Positions 25,185 to 34,137 of a DNA stretch of 37,430 nt are shown here, one piece after another. The stretch lies in contig CAIOUK010000120.1 in the NCBI GenBank assembly GCA_903861445.1, positions 1-37,430 of the forward strand, written 5' to 3'. Position numbers and translations under genes: made by a program. The DNA is from an uncultured Verrucomicrobia subdivision 3 bacterium. GTDB taxonomy: Bacteria > Verrucomicrobiota > Verrucomicrobiia > Limisphaerales > UBA11358. The stretch's first letter is position 1. Each line of letters opens with the position of its first letter. Below the pieces are notes generated by a model, which did no database searches, had not been told where the DNA came from, and saw nothing but the letters and a program-made list of their open reading frames with translations.

Positions 25185-26737
25185 GCCAGTTTGGGCGTTG
25201 ACAACGGTTGGCTGTGAGGTGTCAAGACGGGTTGATCCGCCGGCCCGCGTATGCCGCCGTTCAACGCCACGCTAAAGCCATAGGCGGTGGCGAAAGCGAG
25301 CACGTCATTTTGAAAGGCGCCAAAGATAAAGAAGAAATTCAGAAAGTGAACAACCCAGCCTACCAATAAGTAGCGGTTGACGGTGGCCAAGGCCGGGTCG
25401 CCATACTTATAGTTTCGGTAAAGCAGGGGCAAGCCCGCAAACATCAGCCAAAGAATGGCGATGGCGCCCCAAATACCAAAGGGAATCAGCGTGGACAGCG
25501 GGCCGTTGTGGTAGTCGGCGGAAACCGCCAGTCCGCCAGAGGAAGGATCAAATTGTTCGTCCCGGTTAGCCATGGCACTCCCGCCCATGACATTAAAATC
25601 CTCCTTGGTCAGGCCAAGGCCCTTACCCAGCAAAAGATACTCGGGCACTTTCGGCCAGAGAAACGACCACATTCTATATCGCCACTCGAGGCTGTTATCG
25701 GCTTCGGCGACAACTTGAGCATCCAAGTTGGGGAGCGGCAGAAAGGCAAGCGAACGTTGCATGGGGAGTGGGAGATGGCTGGCAAAGGGCACCAATAGAA
25801 CAGCCAGCGAGATTAATCCCATCACAACGATCGGCATCAGGCGGGTGCGGTGCAGGCCTTCCAGAAAAAACAACAGAACGAACGTCAGGAGCAGATTTAT
25901 AAGCGAGCTGCGGAAGCCGCCCACCAAGGTGATGAAAGTCAGCAGAATTAACAAGGCGGTTCGCCACCAGTGGCCGCCCGAGATGATGTTTTTCAACCCA
26001 TAGCGAACGACCATGAAGATTAATATTGTGTAAGCTAGTCCAGCTAGGCCGCTGAAGCGTTTCACTTTTGTTTCGACATCACCCAGGACATTGGAATCCA
26101 TGGCGTAACCGCTGGGCGGAATCAGTAGATTGATGTAGGTTAACGGGGCGGGCAGGTAGGAAAAGAGGTCGGAAATGACGGACATCATGGCGGGCAGAAA
26201 AAATAGGCCGACATAGAACCAACGGTGCCGGGGCACAATCGCCCGGCTGGTCAAGGCATAAAAAACCGCAATGCCCGTGAAAATCAACAGGTATTTTTTA
26301 CCACCGCCCACCACGCCCGAATCGCCACCCAAGGTGTGGAAACCGATGCCACCCGTCATTTCGGCGGTAAAAAGCACCACCCCCAACGTGAACATCAGTG
26401 GCCAGGTGATGCTTGGGACGGAAATAAACCGCCGATCTCCACTCATGGTTCGTTCGATGACGGCAATGCCGAGGCTTAAAAAAATCATGACCTGCGCAAA
26501 CGATGGATTGCCCTTCAGAAAAAACACCATGATCGGAGAGGACAAGGCAAACACCATGATCGGGTAATGCCACTTGATGAAAATGGGGGAAATGATCAGC
26601 GCGATGACCAGCCCCAAAAAGCCCAGCGTGCCGTAATCCATCGGATTCGTCAGCAGGTAGCCCACCAATACGGCCAGCGGAATGCAGATCGCGTAAGTGA
26701 TTAGCATGCGCATGGCGGCGGCAGGATTATTAATCAT
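25181..26737 (-). CDS. O-antigen ligase/polymerase family membrane protein (WaaL/Wzy_C-like)
   Basis: The 518-aa product has more than 10 hydrophobic helices and a large loop. The motif DYHNGPLSTLIPFGIWGAIAILWL resembles the HN-x-YL..l.E.G..G motif of Wzy_C proteins. Confidence 0.65.
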   Translation of the reverse strand: MINNPAAAMRMLITYAICIPLAVLVGYLLTNPMDYGTLGFLGLVIALIISPIFIKWHYPIMVFALSSPIMVFFLKGNPSFAQVMIFLSLGIAVIERTMSGDRRFISVPSITWPLMFTLGVVLFTAEMTGGIGFHTLGGDSGVVGGGKKYLLIFTGIAVFYALTSRAIVPRHRWFYVGLFFLPAMMSVISDLFSYLPAPLTYINLLIPPSGYAMDSNVLGDVETKVKRFSGLAGLAYTILIFMVVRYGLKNIISGGHWWRTALLILLTFITLVGGFRSSLINLLLTFVLLFFLEGLHRTRLMPIVVMGLISLAVLLVPFASHLPLPMQRSLAFLPLPNLDAQVVAEADNSLEWRYRMWSFLWPKVPEYLLLGKGLGLTKEDFNVMGGSAMANRDEQFDPSSGGLAVSADYHNGPLSTLIPFGIWGAIAILWLMFAGLPLLYRNYKYGDPALATVNRYLLVGWVVHFLNFFFIFGAFQNDVLAFATAYGFSVALNGGIRGPADQPVLTPHSQPLSTPKLA

Positions 26738-26874
26738 GGTCGGAAACGATTTATTGGCCGCGTTAAGATAGGTTATCCGCCGCGTTCACCGCAACCTGAT
26801 TTCCCCGATTCTGTCTCGTTGCCCAGCCCGATTTAATCTGCAAGAAAAGATTGGCAGCCAACGCCGGTTGACGG

Positions 26875-28497
26875 ATGATTTTACAACCGATGGCGCGCAT
26901 GACTGACACCGGCGAAAAAAAACTGACGCATGGCGTCATTGGCTCCGGGCCGGCGGGCGTGGCGTGCGCCCACGCGCTGCTGCAACGCGGCGTGAAAGTG
27001 CTGATGCTCGACGCGGGCATTGTTTTGGAATCCGACCGCCGCGCGCTGGTCACCACCATGAGTTCGCAAAAACCGGCGGACTGGAGCGCGGCACAAATCA
27101 AAAATTTCAAGGCCGGCATGACCGCCGGCGCCAAGGGCATTCCGCTCAAGCTGGCCTACGGTTCGGATTATCCCTATCGCGAAACGGACGCGTATCTGCC
27201 GGTGGATTACGCTGGCGTCGCGTTGCGTCCATCATTCGCGCAGGGCGGGTTCAGCTCTGTCTGGGGCGCGGCGATGATGCCCTATTCCGAAAAGGATATG
27301 GCGGGCTGGCCCATCGGGCCGCGCGATTTGGCGGAACATTATTCTGCCGTCGCCAAGCTCACGGGATTTTCCGGCGTGCACGACGACTTGGAAAATATTT
27401 TTCCGCTGCATAACGAACCGGCGGCGGCGCTGGCCTTGAGCGCGCAGGCAAAAATCTTGCATGCCCGGCTAACGCAAAACCGCGAGCCGCTGCGCGCGGC
27501 GGGCATCCACTTCGGTCAGGCGCGCACCGCCGTCCGTGCGGGCGAAAACGGCTGTGTCTATTGCGGATTGTGCATGTATGGCTGTCCTTATGGCCATATC
27601 TACAATTCCGACCAGACGCTGCGGGCGCTGCGGGAAAACCCAGATTTCACCTATCGCGGTGATTGCGTGGTGACGCATGTGCGCGAGGACGGCGAAAAAG
27701 TATTTGTCGCCGGCCATGACCGCGTGAGCCGCGCGCCGTTTGAAATTTCCGCCGACCGCGTGCATCTCGCCGCCGGCGTGGTTTCGACGGCGGGCATCGT
27801 GTTGCGGTCGCGGTCGCTTTACGACCGGCCGGTGCATTTGAAGGACAGCCAATATTATTTATTCCCGCTGTTGCTTAAGCGCTGCGCCGGTGACGTGCGC
27901 CGCGAGGCGCTGCACACGTTAAGCCAATTGTTCGTGGAAATTTTCGATGACCAAATCACGCTGCGCCCGGTGCATCTGCAAATTTACAGTTACAACGACC
28001 TTGTCGGGCAGGCCGTGCGCCAGTCGTTCGGGCCGCTGGCGAAAGTGCTGGAACCATTCGCTCGTGTGCTCGAAGACCGACTGCTTATCGTTCAAGGCTA
28101 TCTGCACTCCGATCATTCATCGCAGATTGCCGTCACGTTAAAAAAAGGCGAACCGGACCGATTGCAATTGCAGGCAAAATTAAATCCCGAAGTCCACCCC
28201 GCCATCCGTCGCGTGCTGCGCAAGCTCATGCGTCATCGTGGTCAATTCGGCGCGTGGCCGCTGGCGCCGATGCTGCAAGTATCCGAGCCCGGGCGCGGTT
28301 TCCACAACGGTAGCTCGTTTCCGATGCGCGAAAATCCTGACGAGCTGGAGACAGACACGTTGGGTCGGTTGCGCGGCTGGCAGCGCATTCATCTCGTGGA
28401 CGCGTCCGTATTGCCGGACATTCCCGCGACGCAAATCACTTTTTCCGTCATGGCCAACGCGCATCGCATTGGCACAGCCACGGCGATGTTGAAATAA
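26875..28497 (+). CDS. GMC-family FAD-dependent oxidoreductase with an embedded CX2CX2CX3CP motif
   Basis: The N-terminal dinucleotide fold is GVIGSGPAGVACAHALLQRGVKVLMLDAG. The GMC C-terminal signature is HLVDASVLPDIPATQITFSVMANAHRIG. The motif CVYCGLCMYGCP lies at 27553..27588. The start is ambiguous (ATG at 26875, 26890 or 26899). Confidence 0.8.
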   Translation: MILQPMARMTDTGEKKLTHGVIGSGPAGVACAHALLQRGVKVLMLDAGIVLESDRRALVTTMSSQKPADWSAAQIKNFKAGMTAGAKGIPLKLAYGSDYPYRETDAYLPVDYAGVALRPSFAQGGFSSVWGAAMMPYSEKDMAGWPIGPRDLAEHYSAVAKLTGFSGVHDDLENIFPLHNEPAAALALSAQAKILHARLTQNREPLRAAGIHFGQARTAVRAGENGCVYCGLCMYGCPYGHIYNSDQTLRALRENPDFTYRGDCVVTHVREDGEKVFVAGHDRVSRAPFEISADRVHLAAGVVSTAGIVLRSRSLYDRPVHLKDSQYYLFPLLLKRCAGDVRREALHTLSQLFVEIFDDQITLRPVHLQIYSYNDLVGQAVRQSFGPLAKVLEPFARVLEDRLLIVQGYLHSDHSSQIAVTLKKGEPDRLQLQAKLNPEVHPAIRRVLRKLMRHRGQFGAWPLAPMLQVSEPGRGFHNGSSFPMRENPDELETDTLGRLRGWQRIHLVDASVLPDIPATQITFSVMANAHRIGTATAMLK

Positions 28498-28501
28498 TTT
28501 T

Positions 28502-29365
28502 ATGGAGGCAAAAAAACTCTGCGCCATCACCGGCAGCAATGGCTACGTCGGCGGCTGCGTGAAAAATTATTTTGCGGCGCACGGCTGGGAAATTCTGGAG
28601 CTAACGCGCCAGCCGAAAACGGGAATACGCGCAATTCAATTTCAGCTTGGCGCGGAAATCTCCGCGTCCGCGCTTGCCGGCGTGGAGGTGCTGGTGCATT
28701 GCGCCTATGATTTCACACCGCTGACGATGGCTCAAATTTGTGCGGTGAACGTCGCTGGCACGGAAAAATTATTTCGCGCGGCGCGGGCAGCGGGCGTGAA
28801 AAAAATCATCTGTCTCTCGTCCATCAGCGCCTTTGACGGTTGCCGTTCGCTTTACGGAAAAACTAAATTGGAAATCGAAAAAATCGCGCGGGCACACGGC
28901 GCATTCGTCATCCGTTCGGGCTTGGTTTATGGCGATGATTTGGGCGGGATGTTCGGCAAGCTCACGGCGCAGGTGCAGAAGTCGTCGCTGATTCCGTTGA
29001 TCGGCGACGGCTCGCAAATCCAGTTCCTCGTGCATCAGGAAGATTTGTGCGCATTCATCGAAAAAATTGCGGCGGGAAAAACTGAAATCTCACCAAACGT
29101 GTTGACGGCGGCGAATGCCGAGCCGTGGCCGTTCAAAAAATTGTTGCGGGAAATCGCGCGTCGGCAGGATAAAAAAATTAGATTCATCCCACTGCCATGG
29201 CGCTTGCTCTGGTTGGTGATAAAATCCGTCGAAGTGTGCGGGCTGCGGCTCAATTTCCGCAGCGACAGTCTGGTGAGTTTGATGCACCAGAATCCCGCGC
29301 CGGATTTTTCCGCGAATGCGAAAGCCGGGCTGGTCTGCCGCCCGTTTGTCGTCCGAAAAGCCTAG
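28502..29365 (+). CDS. NAD(P)-dependent epimerase/dehydratase-family SDR
   Basis: The cofactor motif is ITGSNGYVGG (GxxGxxG) and the catalytic motif is YGKTK (YxxxK). The start lies 4 nt after the GMC stop. Confidence 0.85.
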   Translation: MEAKKLCAITGSNGYVGGCVKNYFAAHGWEILELTRQPKTGIRAIQFQLGAEISASALAGVEVLVHCAYDFTPLTMAQICAVNVAGTEKLFRAARAAGVKKIICLSSISAFDGCRSLYGKTKLEIEKIARAHGAFVIRSGLVYGDDLGGMFGKLTAQVQKSSLIPLIGDGSQIQFLVHQEDLCAFIEKIAAGKTEISPNVLTAANAEPWPFKKLLREIARRQDKKIRFIPLPWRLLWLVIKSVEVCGLRLNFRSDSLVSLMHQNPAPDFSANAKAGLVCRPFVVRKA

Positions 29366-30549
29366 GCGGCTGGCGGCTGGCGCCGCACGGTTTTCAGGCC
29401 AAGGACACTCATGAAAAAACTGGAGAAGACGGTTTGCACCCCAAGCAACATGAGCGTGGCTGCCGGAATGAGCCGCCGCAGATTTTCCTCGGTGGAAGGC
29501 AGCAGACCAAAGTTTGCCTGTTGCCACAGCCACAGGGCGCGCAAAAACATCGCCAGCCCGCCGAGCAGCACGAGCAGGCCGACGACGATGCCTTTTTCTA
29601 AAGTGAAAGTCTTGAACACGCGCGACAGTTTCGGGTCTGCCGGCAGCAGCCCTTCGGCGATGGCAAACACTTTTGTATAAAACGCGAATGCCACGAGTTG
29701 AAAGCCGACGATAACCGCCATGCAGGCCATCATCAGCGTGCCGACATTGAACTGCACCCCACCTAACTGGACGTTTGCAACCGACAGCGTGGCGGAAACA
29801 ATCACGCCCAGCGCCGAAAGCAAAAGTCCCGGCACGAGAAACAGCCAGCGCGGCGAATAAATCAGCATGAACCGCAGATGCCGCCAGCCGTCGCGCCACG
29901 GTTTCAGGTGCGGCGGACGTGAGCGGCCATCCTTGTGCAGCGTGATGGGCACCTCGGCGATGCGAAATTTTTTGAGCGTGGCTTTGATGACCATTTCCGA
30001 GGCGAACTCCATGCCGGTAGTCTGCAACTCCATTTTTCCCAGCGCGTCCTTGGTGAAGGCCCGCAGTCCGGCGTGAAAATCGTGCGCGGGACATTTGAAA
30101 AACCACCGGCCGATGAAGGACAAAACCGGATTACCCAGCCAGCGGTTTTTCCACGGCATCGCTCCGGGCATAATTTTTCCGCCGCCAATCGGCAGCCGGC
30201 AGCCCATGACGAGGTCGTAACCTTCTTGAAATTTTTTGACGAAGCGGTCGGCCTCGGAAAAATCGTAGCTGTCGTCGGCGTCGCCCATCAGGATAAATTT
30301 TCCCTTGGCCGCCGCGATGCCGCCGCGCAGGGCATTGCCGTAGCCTTTTTCCGTCACGGTCACGACGCGGGCGCCAAGTTTTTCGGCAATGGCTTGCGAA
30401 CCGTCGGTGCTGCCGTTGTCGGCGATGAGGATTTCGCCGGACACGCCGGCGCGCTGGATGCCAATTTTAGCTTTTTCAATGCAGCGGGCAATCGTCTCCG
30501 CCTCGTTCAGACACGGCATGACAATGCTTAAATCAATGGAATCAGCCAC
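29362..30549 (-). CDS. Glycosyltransferase family 2 with a C-terminal multi-TM tail (GtrB/ArnC-like polyprenyl-phosphate sugar synthase)
   Basis: Motifs are LSIVMPCLNEAETIARCIEKA, EILIADNGSTDGS and MGDADDSYD. About four hydrophobic helices follow aa ~230. Confidence 0.85.
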   Translation of the reverse strand: MADSIDLSIVMPCLNEAETIARCIEKAKIGIQRAGVSGEILIADNGSTDGSQAIAEKLGARVVTVTEKGYGNALRGGIAAAKGKFILMGDADDSYDFSEADRFVKKFQEGYDLVMGCRLPIGGGKIMPGAMPWKNRWLGNPVLSFIGRWFFKCPAHDFHAGLRAFTKDALGKMELQTTGMEFASEMVIKATLKKFRIAEVPITLHKDGRSRPPHLKPWRDGWRHLRFMLIYSPRWLFLVPGLLLSALGVIVSATLSVANVQLGGVQFNVGTLMMACMAVIVGFQLVAFAFYTKVFAIAEGLLPADPKLSRVFKTFTLEKGIVVGLLVLLGGLAMFLRALWLWQQANFGLLPSTEENLRRLIPAATLMLLGVQTVFSSFFMSVLGLKTVRRQPPAA

Positions 30550-30562
30550 GCCGGAATTTTAT

Positions 30563-32500
30563 TCAAATTTCACGGCACTTGGCGAGCGCGGGTTTCCGAT
30601 AGCCGGAGTGGCCCGCGTCAGTTTTTTCAATGTGCAGCAGGCACCAGGTTTCATCGCCCCAGGCCACCAGCGTCACGATGGGAACGGACAAGGTGATTTT
30701 TGCGTGGAGTTGAGCCGCCCAGGTTTCCAGCGGCACGTTGCCCGCTTTCTGCCAGACGGCGCGTTTGACGACCATCCATTCGACGTCATCCGGAACACGA
30801 ACGGATTGATCGGTGCCGGTTTGAAGATATGCAACCTGCCGCAAGCCAAAGGGGCGCCAGAGGGAATAATCCGTGTCGTTTGATCCGGCGAAGAAACCAA
30901 TTTTCAAAACGCCGTCGGGTAATCCGGCGCGTAACGGGGCCAGCGCGTCATTGCGGTGGGCATAAGTGGAATATATTGTCGCCAGCCGTGGCAACTCCGG
31001 GCGGTCGGGCTGTTGCCGTGCCAGTCGTTCCAAAATCTTTTGCGCGGGACACAAGGGTCGTGCTGGCGACAGAACCACGGCCGGCAGAACGCTCAATACC
31101 GCCAGCGCAATCAAAACTCTCCAACCCTGAAAACGCAAAAGACGGTTCTGCGCCGGCAGTAGTAAAATGGGAATGACGACCAGCGGATAATACGGCAGCA
31201 ATAATCGGGCGTCGGCTTCTGATCCCATTTTGAGCATGAAGAAAAGCGTCGCCCCCCACGCGGCCAGACCGACGGGCGACAGCGCCGCCATCATACCGCG
31301 AATTGGATCGGCCCGACCTAATCCACAAGCAGCCGCGCCGAGGGATGTCAGCAGTAGCAGGGTTACGCCAAGTCCCAGGGCGGCGGTCTCTTCCTGTGGC
31401 AGTTCTTTAAGGTGAATCAAATAATACCTTGGGAATTTTTCTTTTAAGGTTTGACGCCATGAAGCTGGCAATTGTTGGTTCAGCTGTTTGTCCAATTTTT
31501 GCGCCGCCGGAAGCACCGGCGGCATAAGCGATTGCTGCATCAACAGAAGGCTGTTGCCGAGGAGCGCCGCACCGGGGCTTTTCACCTGCATCTGGGTCAG
31601 GTTTTGCGGGTCGCCGGTCCAACTGCCGGTGTGCGCCTGATTCAACACCACGGTCGGGGCGGCGGACACCATTATCCCAACGACTACCAGCAACGCGCTG
31701 CCCGCGAGATTTTTTCGCAATTGCCCCAGTGCCGGCCAGACCGCGACGAGGCACGGCAGCAGCAGCGGCAGATTGGACATTTTAACGCCAGTCATCAGCG
31801 CGGCGGCCAGTCCGGCCAGCCAGATGTCCGACAAGCGTCCCGAGCGCCGCGCCTGCAATCCGCAGTGGACGGACATCAGGCAGAACAGCGCGCCGTTGAA
31901 ATCATTGCCGATGCTACCGGCCTGGGTGGCATAACCATATCCCAGCGGAAGAATCCACATCCACGTCCACGCCACCTTGCGGGCCACGCCGACCTGCCGG
32001 AATATGGAAAAAAGCAGCCCCGGCATCAAAAGGAAACCCAGCGCATTGATTAAAAATAAGCCACGGTCAGAGCGCAACAGCGCCAACTGCGGCAGCGCCA
32101 GCCATTCCCACGCGGTGGTCGAATAGTTCATGCGCTCGTTGCTGGTTGGAATCCAGAACCAGTGGCTGGCGGAAAGCCAGTTCAACATCCGTGGCAGTCG
32201 GTAGGTGAGTGCGTCGTAGTTGTCGGGTGCATGTAAAATGCCGCCCAGAAAAATCAACGCTGCCACGAAAAGAAATATCGCCGGGAGCGGTCGGCGAAAG
32301 CGCCGGCCCAGTTTTGAATGGTAATTCCGAATTGGAAAAGTCCGGGAACTTTTCTTTCGCCAGACCCAAAGCACGGTGCAGCCGATGAGCAGCGTAATGG
32401 CGTAACCGGCCGGGTTCAGCTCGTGCAACGCGGACAACGTCCAGCCGGCCAGGCTGAGATAGGCGCCACACCAGATCCAGATCGCGATGGTGGTGGGCAT
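30563..32500 (-). CDS. Large polytopic membrane protein, putative GT-C-type glycosyltransferase
   Basis: The 645-aa product has more than 12 hydrophobic helices and a soluble C-terminal domain of about 180 aa. The first periplasmic loop carries an acidic/aromatic motif (HAPDNYDALTYRLPRMLNWL). The gene is sandwiched between two GT2 genes, with 13-nt and 6-nt gaps. Confidence 0.45.
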   Translation of the reverse strand: MPTTIAIWIWCGAYLSLAGWTLSALHELNPAGYAITLLIGCTVLWVWRKKSSRTFPIRNYHSKLGRRFRRPLPAIFLFVAALIFLGGILHAPDNYDALTYRLPRMLNWLSASHWFWIPTSNERMNYSTTAWEWLALPQLALLRSDRGLFLINALGFLLMPGLLFSIFRQVGVARKVAWTWMWILPLGYGYATQAGSIGNDFNGALFCLMSVHCGLQARRSGRLSDIWLAGLAAALMTGVKMSNLPLLLPCLVAVWPALGQLRKNLAGSALLVVVGIMVSAAPTVVLNQAHTGSWTGDPQNLTQMQVKSPGAALLGNSLLLMQQSLMPPVLPAAQKLDKQLNQQLPASWRQTLKEKFPRYYLIHLKELPQEETAALGLGVTLLLLTSLGAAACGLGRADPIRGMMAALSPVGLAAWGATLFFMLKMGSEADARLLLPYYPLVVIPILLLPAQNRLLRFQGWRVLIALAVLSVLPAVVLSPARPLCPAQKILERLARQQPDRPELPRLATIYSTYAHRNDALAPLRAGLPDGVLKIGFFAGSNDTDYSLWRPFGLRQVAYLQTGTDQSVRVPDDVEWMVVKRAVWQKAGNVPLETWAAQLHAKITLSVPIVTLVAWGDETWCLLHIEKTDAGHSGYRKPALAKCREI

Positions 32501-32506
32501 GGCCGG

Positions 32507-33259
32507 TTATAGAAAATTGTATTTGAAGATGCACCACAGCGCGCGGATGCCGTCGCGCCAGCCGATTTTTTTGCCTTCCGCATAAGTCCGGCCGTAATAG
32601 GAAATCGCCACTTCATAAATCCGCACCTGCAGCCGCGCCACCTTGGCGGTGATTTCCGGCTCGAAGCCGAAACGATTTTCCTGGATCCGGATTTTTTGGA
32701 TGATTTCGCGGCGGAAAATTTTGTAGCACGTCTCCATGTCCGTGAGGTTCAAATCCGTCGCCATGTTGGAGCAGAGCGTGAGAAAGCGATTCCCAATCGA
32801 GTGCCAGAAATACAAAACGCGATGCGCGCCCGCGCCGATGAAGCGCGAGCCAAACACGACATCCGCCTTGCCGGATAAAATCGGCGCGAGCAACAGGTGA
32901 TATTCCTGCGGATCATATTCCAAATCCGCGTCCTGGATGATGACGATTTCCGCCGTCGCGTGCGCGATGCCGGTGCGCAACGCCGCGCCCTTGCCCTGAT
33001 TTACCTCGTGCCGGATGAGTTGGATGCGCGGCTCGTTTTGCGCGAGCGGCTGGAGTTGTTCCCAAGTGCCGTCGGTCGAGCAATCATCCACGATGACGAG
33101 CTGTTGCACGGGACGCTGCGCGAGCACCACGCGGACGACTTCGGCCACGGTGGCGGCTTCGTTGTAAACCGGCATCACCGCCGTGAGGCACGGTGCGAAG
33201 TCGGCGTTGGATTTGGCTTCAGACATTAAAACAACACTAGGGTTCGTGGAAGCTGTCAA
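32507..33259 (-). CDS. Glycosyltransferase family 2 (DPM1-like, soluble)
   Basis: Motifs are LTAVMPVYNEAATVAEVV, QLVIVDDCSTDGT and IIQDADLEYDP. Confidence 0.85.
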   Translation of the reverse strand: MTASTNPSVVLMSEAKSNADFAPCLTAVMPVYNEAATVAEVVRVVLAQRPVQQLVIVDDCSTDGTWEQLQPLAQNEPRIQLIRHEVNQGKGAALRTGIAHATAEIVIIQDADLEYDPQEYHLLLAPILSGKADVVFGSRFIGAGAHRVLYFWHSIGNRFLTLCSNMATDLNLTDMETCYKIFRREIIQKIRIQENRFGFEPEITAKVARLQVRIYEVAISYYGRTYAEGKKIGWRDGIRALWCIFKYNFL

Positions 33260-33334
33260 AAAAGTCGGCTGGATTCAATCTCAAACCCGTCACGTTTTGA
33301 TGACAAGGCCAAGGGGTTTGCTTAAACTGCCGCC

Positions 33335-33820
33335 ATGCCTTCATTCGACATTGTTTCGCAGGTCAACTCGATGGAAATCGAGAACGCCGTCAATCAGGCC
33401 AAAAAAGAACTGGCCAACCGCTTTGATTTCAAGGGCAGTAAGTGGGAAATCATTTTGGAGAAAACCGAAATCAAGCTCACCGCCGACAACGAGTTCAAAG
33501 TCGCGACGCTGAACGAAATCGTCATCGGCAAGCTGGCCAAGCGCGGCATCAGCATGAAAAGCGTGGAGCAATGCGACCCGGACATCTCGCCGCTCGGTCA
33601 CGCGCGCCAGAGCATCAAGATCAAGAACGGGATTGCCAGCGACGTGGCCAAAGAAATCACCGGCTTCATCCGCGACGGCAAGTTCAAGGTGACGACGCAG
33701 ATCCAGGGCGACGAGGTGCGCGTGAACAGTAAGAGCCGCGATGAATTACAGACGGTCATCGCTGCCGTGCGCGCGCATGAATTTCCCGTGGCCGTGCAGT
33801 TTGTGAATTTCCGGGACTAA
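33335..33820 (+). CDS. yajQ: YajQ-family nucleotide (cyclic-di-GMP)-binding protein (UPF0234)
   Basis: The N-terminus MPSFDIVSQVNSMEIENAVNQAKKELANRFDFKGS and the 161-aa length are characteristic of YajQ. Confidence 0.85.
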   Translation: MPSFDIVSQVNSMEIENAVNQAKKELANRFDFKGSKWEIILEKTEIKLTADNEFKVATLNEIVIGKLAKRGISMKSVEQCDPDISPLGHARQSIKIKNGIASDVAKEITGFIRDGKFKVTTQIQGDEVRVNSKSRDELQTVIAAVRAHEFPVAVQFVNFRD

Positions 33821-34137
33821 CCCCGGACAAAAACGCTGGTGAAACCGGGGCAATGCGCGTTTGGGAGAGTATGCGCCAGTTGGAAGCCAGCCGCCTTGAG
33901 TTTGGTTTGCGCCTCGATGACGGATTCCCCTGCCGGCTCCGGATGAAACTCAATGATGATATAACGAAATTTTCCGAGCACTTCAGCCGGAGTTGACTTC
34001 AGGATCGCATATTCCGCCTGTTCACAATCGCAATTTACATTGACAAAATTGGGGCAGGTTAGAATCCTAATTTGTGGCATCAAACTTCCTAAGCCAAATT
34101 TTAAGAACCCAATGAACAAAACAGAATATTTTGCCAT
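33817..34137 (-). pseudogene. Truncated FkbM-family methyltransferase (C-terminal half only)
   Basis: The segment NFVNVNCDCEQAEYAILKSTPAEVLGKFRYIIIEFH matches the FkbM pattern (hhKhDhEGaEyeVL....l.....i.iEhH). The N-terminal SAM-binding half is absent, because that DNA is occupied by the divergent + strand gene starting at 34112. Confidence 0.45.

Noticed and set aside
29090-30106. 338-aa minus-strand ORF overlapping the SDR and GT2-TM genes
   Set aside because: Its composition is Arg/Ala/Gly/His-rich and low in complexity. It is out of frame with, or antisense to, two genes that have clear catalytic motifs. This is a typical shadow ORF of GC-rich DNA.
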